Part shown: positions 60,028 to 64,000 of the stretch, one piece after another
How positions within the stretch are numbered: the first letter of the stretch is position 1
Layout of the letters: each line of letters begins with the position of its first letter
From: Promethearchaeia archaeon
Lineage (GTDB): Archaea; Asgardarchaeota; Lokiarchaeia; Sigyniarchaeales; SOKP01
DNA: 64,000 bases
Direction of reading: 5' to 3'
Assembly: GCA_029856145.1 (NCBI GenBank)
Contig: JAHQWK010000001.1
Span: 96,001 to 160,000, forward strand
Translations under genes and position numbers: made by a program
Notes under the pieces: model-generated
Databases searched by the model: none
Told to the model about the DNA's origin: nothing
Seen by the model: only the letters and a program-made list of their open reading frames with translations

Positions 60028-60972
60028 CTATTTTAATGATAAAATTCTCTTTAGATCATCTTCTTTAACGTTCAATAACTCTACTTCTGGTAATCTTTCT
60101 GTAAGTAAACGCCAATTTTTTTCTTTCTTAAAAATCTTTTTAAATAAGACTAGAGCTTCATCAATTTTTTTATTATTCGCCAAAGATACTGCTGTCCAGT
60201 ATTTCATTTCAAGATTGTCTGGAATCTTTTCCATGGCAGCATTATATTCTTCAAGTGCCTTACCCACATCACCTTTTTCAATCGCGAGATCACCATTATT
60301 CATATGTTCATATGCTCGAAATATTTTCAATAGTCTGTTTAATTCTTTCAATGGCTCAATGTGATCCTCTACTCGGAGATCAATAATAGGATCCTCCCAT
60401 TTATTCTCGGTCGATTCACCAGTAACTACTAATATTGCAGCAGATTGTTTCCCTCTTATGTCTCCTCCAACAGACTCAGCAGCTTCTAAACTTTTAATTA
60501 TTCGCTCCGGTAATGATAAATTGTTGAATTTTTCAAAAGCTTCCGCCATTGCTGGCCATACATTGTCAGAAAGCATCATGTTTGCTTGAACAGAAAAATT
60601 ATCACCTATTATATGACCAGCTTGTTTTATACATTTCGATCCTGTATGTGTAGCCACTCTACCTTGAGTGTCTAAAATAGCAACTTGTCTTACATCTCTT
60701 CCCTCATCATCAGAAAGAAGGGTCTCTACAGCTTCTTTAGGTGTCATACATTGCTTTAATAGATCAAGTCCCCGTAAACCAAACGATTTATTAACTAATG
60801 ATTGTGTTGCTACAACACCCAATCCAGCTTCTCCCCATGAAACAAGACTGCCAACTGAGAACCAATGACTTTGGACTCCAACACCCATTTCTCCTGTTTT
60901 AGGATCCCTAGCAACAATAGAATAGGTATGTGCAAAAATCTTATTATTTGAATGATTATTCTTAGGAATCAT
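60028..60972 (-). CDS. DUF1028 (Ntn-hydrolase-like) protein with C-terminal TPR
   Basis: HTYSIVARDP, GVVATQS, GGDIRGKQSAA, DLRVEDH..PLKEL.RL. Confidence 0.9.
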   Translation of the reverse strand: MIPKNNHSNNKIFAHTYSIVARDPKTGEMGVGVQSHWFSVGSLVSWGEAGLGVVATQSLVNKSFGLRGLDLLKQCMTPKEAVETLLSDDEGRDVRQVAILDTQGRVATHTGSKCIKQAGHIIGDNFSVQANMMLSDNVWPAMAEAFEKFNNLSLPERIIKSLEAAESVGGDIRGKQSAAILVVTGESTENKWEDPIIDLRVEDHIEPLKELNRLLKIFRAYEHMNNGDLAIEKGDVGKALEEYNAAMEKIPDNLEMKYWTAVSLANNKKIDEALVLFKKIFKKEKNWRLLTERLPEVELLNVKEDDLKRILSLK

Positions 60973-61114
60973 AATTATTAGATTGGTTTATATACTAAAT
61001 AAAGTTTTATTAATCACATTCTAAATTGATTGATATACTAGAAAGGAAAACATTAAATTCTTTTATAATTTAGAAATTTATTAAAAATCATTATTTCAAA
61101 CGAGATGATATCAA

Positions 61115-61444
61115 ATGGCTAAGAAATACAAAAATGATAGTATAATGAAATTCTTAACTGTTATTGGGGGTTTAGTAGCTTTAGCTAGTCAAATATTTAC
61201 AATTGCTGATATTCCGTGGATCATTCCACATTATGTCGGATATTATGACATAGTATATGCAATTATTGGAATTGTTATCTCTGTTATAACAATTTACACT
61301 GCAATTAACCCTAATAATCCATTTCCATTTCATTGGTTATTTTTATTTGTTTTAGGAATATTACTTGTGATTTTTGCTGGTGGAATATTAGCCTGCGTAC
61401 TTTTAATCATCGCAGCTCTTATTGGTTTAATTGAAGTTTTATAG
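61115..61444 (+). CDS. Small membrane protein
   Basis: Three to four hydrophobic segments. Confidence 0.65.
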   Translation: MAKKYKNDSIMKFLTVIGGLVALASQIFTIADIPWIIPHYVGYYDIVYAIIGIVISVITIYTAINPNNPFPFHWLFLFVLGILLVIFAGGILACVLLIIAALIGLIEVL

Positions 61445-61512
61445 TGAAAAATTCGAGAAATGAATTCTTAAACATAATTCAAATTTTTTTCTTTTTATTC
61501 TATACAAAAATA

Positions 61513-62385
61513 CTAGTTACTAGCACTTTTTAGAAAGTAATCAATAATTTCACTTGCGATATTTATATCTGTAACTTTTTGTAATGCAGTAAATCCAGGA
61601 ATTGAATTAACCTCCAGAACGGAAAGTCCATTTTCACTCTCTATTATGTCAACTCCAGCAATTTCTGTTTTAGTTATCTTTGCTGCATTAATTGCGAGTC
61701 TTTCCATTTCATTTGATATTTCTATAGGTTCTGCTTTCGCACCAGCATAGATGTTGGTTTTCCAGCTATCACTAACCCTATACATCCCGGCGATAACCTT
61801 ATCTCTTAATACTAAAATTCTAATATCTCGATTGTAATGTTCAACAAATTCTTGCAAATAAAAAACTTGATTTATCTGACCAAGGGAATAAATAACATTT
61901 TCAGCGAAACTTCTATCGTTCAACCTAATTATTCCTATCCCTTTTGATCCATACAGAGGTTTTAAGACACAATCTCCTCCCAATTCATCAAAAGCTTCTA
62001 AAGCTTTATGTGGATCTTCGCAAATTATCGTTTTTGGTGTAGGAATGTTGTAATTTTCTAAAAAAACCGATGTTAAAAATTTGTCACTAGCAATCTCTAA
62101 TGCTTCTCTTGAATTGATTAATTTGACATCATATTCTTCTATAGCTCTTAAAATATCAAGCCTAAAAAATATCTTTTGAGTAACTGCTGCTCCAAATCCT
62201 CTTACAAGAGCTGCTTTAGGTTTAAGAGATTCAAATTGTTTGTAAAAACTACGTTGGAAACCAACACCTACCTTTATTGTTGATGGAATAAAGTATTGAA
62301 CCTTAAAGCCACGCTTTTCGAATTCAGTAGATAGAATTTGAACTTCTGGGTCTTTTGAATTTGGAGTTATAATCATTGATTCCAT
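61513..62385 (-). CDS. RimK/LysX-family ATP-grasp ligase
   Basis: DKFLT, VLKPLYGSKG.G, QEFV..RDIR, WKTN, AGVD, EVNSIPG. Confidence 0.9.
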   Translation of the reverse strand: MESMIITPNSKDPEVQILSTEFEKRGFKVQYFIPSTIKVGVGFQRSFYKQFESLKPKAALVRGFGAAVTQKIFFRLDILRAIEEYDVKLINSREALEIASDKFLTSVFLENYNIPTPKTIICEDPHKALEAFDELGGDCVLKPLYGSKGIGIIRLNDRSFAENVIYSLGQINQVFYLQEFVEHYNRDIRILVLRDKVIAGMYRVSDSWKTNIYAGAKAEPIEISNEMERLAINAAKITKTEIAGVDIIESENGLSVLEVNSIPGFTALQKVTDINIASEIIDYFLKSASN

Positions 62386-62466
62386 TTCAATTTCACTTTA
62401 AAATAAATTACTTAATTAATCTATAGCACTAATTTTTAAATAAATTTAAGTTCTTATAAAATATAT

Positions 62467-63096
62467 ATGAAATCAATGAATGCTAAAGACACTGAAAATG
62501 AAATTGAGAAACTATCACGTATGCTAAGTAAGATTCAAAATCTTTACTACAAGAAAAAAGAAGAACTTGAAGAGGTAAAATCAGAGATAAATGAATTAAG
62601 AGATATTTTAAATCTCTTAAATTCTCTTATATCAAGTAAGTCATTTCATAGCGCAGACGAAATTTACTCAAAAGTATTAATTGAAAAAGCAGATAAGCCA
62701 ACTGAAGAAGAATATTTCGTTAAAGAAATATCAAAAGAAAAAGTTGAAGGAACTAATATAAAAAGAAAGATTTTTTCTAAAAGTAAAGGTAATGATGAGG
62801 AATTATTATGTATTTTAAATTTTTATGATTTTAATAGGGTTGAGATTAAATTTATTGGCCCAGAGAAGAGATCAATTAAAGAAACTTCTGAGATTTTCAT
62901 CCGTACTTTTTTAAAAGGAGCTCTTATTAAGATTAAAGAAACTAATCAAGATATGAGTTTGAATTATGAATACTTTAAAAATTCTGAGTTAATTGAACAT
63001 ATAATAATTTCTCAATTAAAATCTATAGATGAATATGATTTAATTACGTTGAAAATGAGAGAACTTTTAGCAAGTGAAGTCTCTTCTGATATTTGA
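62467..63096 (+). CDS. Hypothetical protein with N-terminal coiled coil
   Basis: 209-aa ORF; SFHSADE motif after coiled coil. Confidence 0.6.
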   Translation: MKSMNAKDTENEIEKLSRMLSKIQNLYYKKKEELEEVKSEINELRDILNLLNSLISSKSFHSADEIYSKVLIEKADKPTEEEYFVKEISKEKVEGTNIKRKIFSKSKGNDEELLCILNFYDFNRVEIKFIGPEKRSIKETSEIFIRTFLKGALIKIKETNQDMSLNYEYFKNSELIEHIIISQLKSIDEYDLITLKMRELLASEVSSDI

Positions 63097-63210
63097 TTTA
63101 GTAAGTTTTATAATAAAAGGTTGAATAAATTTATTTTAAATCTATTAAAAATATTAAGATTTTTTGTATAAGAAATTCCAATTAAATAAAAAACATAATT
63201 TTTAAAGAAA

Positions 63211-63978
63211 ATGATAAAAAGAAAATATTCAATTTTAATGGTTTTAAGTATTATTTTAATTTCTTTATCACTCCAAAGTATAATTTTTGTTTCTGGGACT
63301 AAAGATACAATTACAGATCCTGAGAATGATGTTTACAAAGATTTTGTAAATCCTAGTGATTATTTTGATGAAATTGATATTGTTAAATTTGAAGTCGAGG
63401 ATCAAATTGGGAATCAAATTATTAATTTGACCGTTGCGGGTAATTTGAGTGATTGGGGCGGATACATCACTCCAGCGTATAAACTTGGTGAGGTTTTTTT
63501 ATTTGAAAATTTGGATTACGATTACTATAAAGCAAATCAAAACTTCACATATCCTTATTACAAAGTTTCATATCAAAATTGGACTGGGTCAATAAATTTT
63601 GATGTCTTTTTTATTAGGTATCTAACTTATAGTAGTGTTAGAGAATATTGGACCGGTGCTGGTTATTCTACTGATAAAAACTTTGCGGAATCTATCGGTA
63701 ATGGCTCAGGTAGCGTAATTACAGCAAACATTTCAAAAACGGATTTTGAAATCAATGCTACTACTACATATTTTGCTCGTACTTGGGTTACTACACAAAA
63801 GTTGGTAGGTGAAACTATATTCATACATTTCTATTATGACTATGCCCCTGACCATTTTAACCCATATAAACTACCTGGTGGTATTCCCGGTTATGAGATA
63901 GGTATCTTTATTAGTTCTATGATCGGTCTTTCGATAATTATAATAATAAAACAGAAAAGAAAAACAAATCAAAAATAA
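63211..63978 (+). CDS. Secreted or surface protein with Loki-CTERM-like anchor
   Basis: Signal peptide, ITDPENDV..IDI motif, IPGY-TM-KQKRK tail. Confidence 0.75.
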   Translation: MIKRKYSILMVLSIILISLSLQSIIFVSGTKDTITDPENDVYKDFVNPSDYFDEIDIVKFEVEDQIGNQIINLTVAGNLSDWGGYITPAYKLGEVFLFENLDYDYYKANQNFTYPYYKVSYQNWTGSINFDVFFIRYLTYSSVREYWTGAGYSTDKNFAESIGNGSGSVITANISKTDFEINATTTYFARTWVTTQKLVGETIFIHFYYDYAPDHFNPYKLPGGIPGYEIGIFISSMIGLSIIIIIKQKRKTNQK

Positions 63979-64000
63979 TTAAATTTCCTTTTTTTTTTAA

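Noticed and set aside
1368-60868. Numerous short ORFs antisense to or overlapping well-supported genes (e.g. 1368-1697, 14490-14708, 18792-19145, 58840-59151, 60011-60364)
   Set aside because: Shadow frames of real genes with no motifs

Overview
AT-rich archaeal chromosomal segment, most consistent with an Asgard archaeon of the Lokiarchaeia (inferred from multiple roadblock/longin proteins, a roadblock-Rab-like GTPase fusion, Loki-CTERM-like tails and archaeal information genes). The left 17 kb is core: tfb-gar1, archaeosine genes, ahcY, a Get3/ArsA ATPase, dnaG, the secE-ftsY-pfdA-rpl18a-eif6-rpl31e-rpl39e-rps19e cluster, rnp4 and nep1. Next come a DNA-repair pair, three tandem beta-helix surface proteins, a decayed accessory island after tRNA-Phe (HEPN-like and LAGLIDADG-like ORFs), and mixed metabolic, lipid and signalling genes. 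Four tRNAs were read by eye: Gly-TCC, Phe-GAA, Arg-TCG and Asp-GTC. Best leads: (1) a protein with a single TATA-binding-protein repeat inserted between two Lrp/AsnC modules (5979-7283); (2) a tRNA-Phe split by three non-canonical BHB introns; (3) a three-gene small-GTPase cassette whose members share an unnamed C-terminal domain, bracketed by a diverged direct repeat of the thyA 3' end. All product calls come from motif recognition only; no database search was run.
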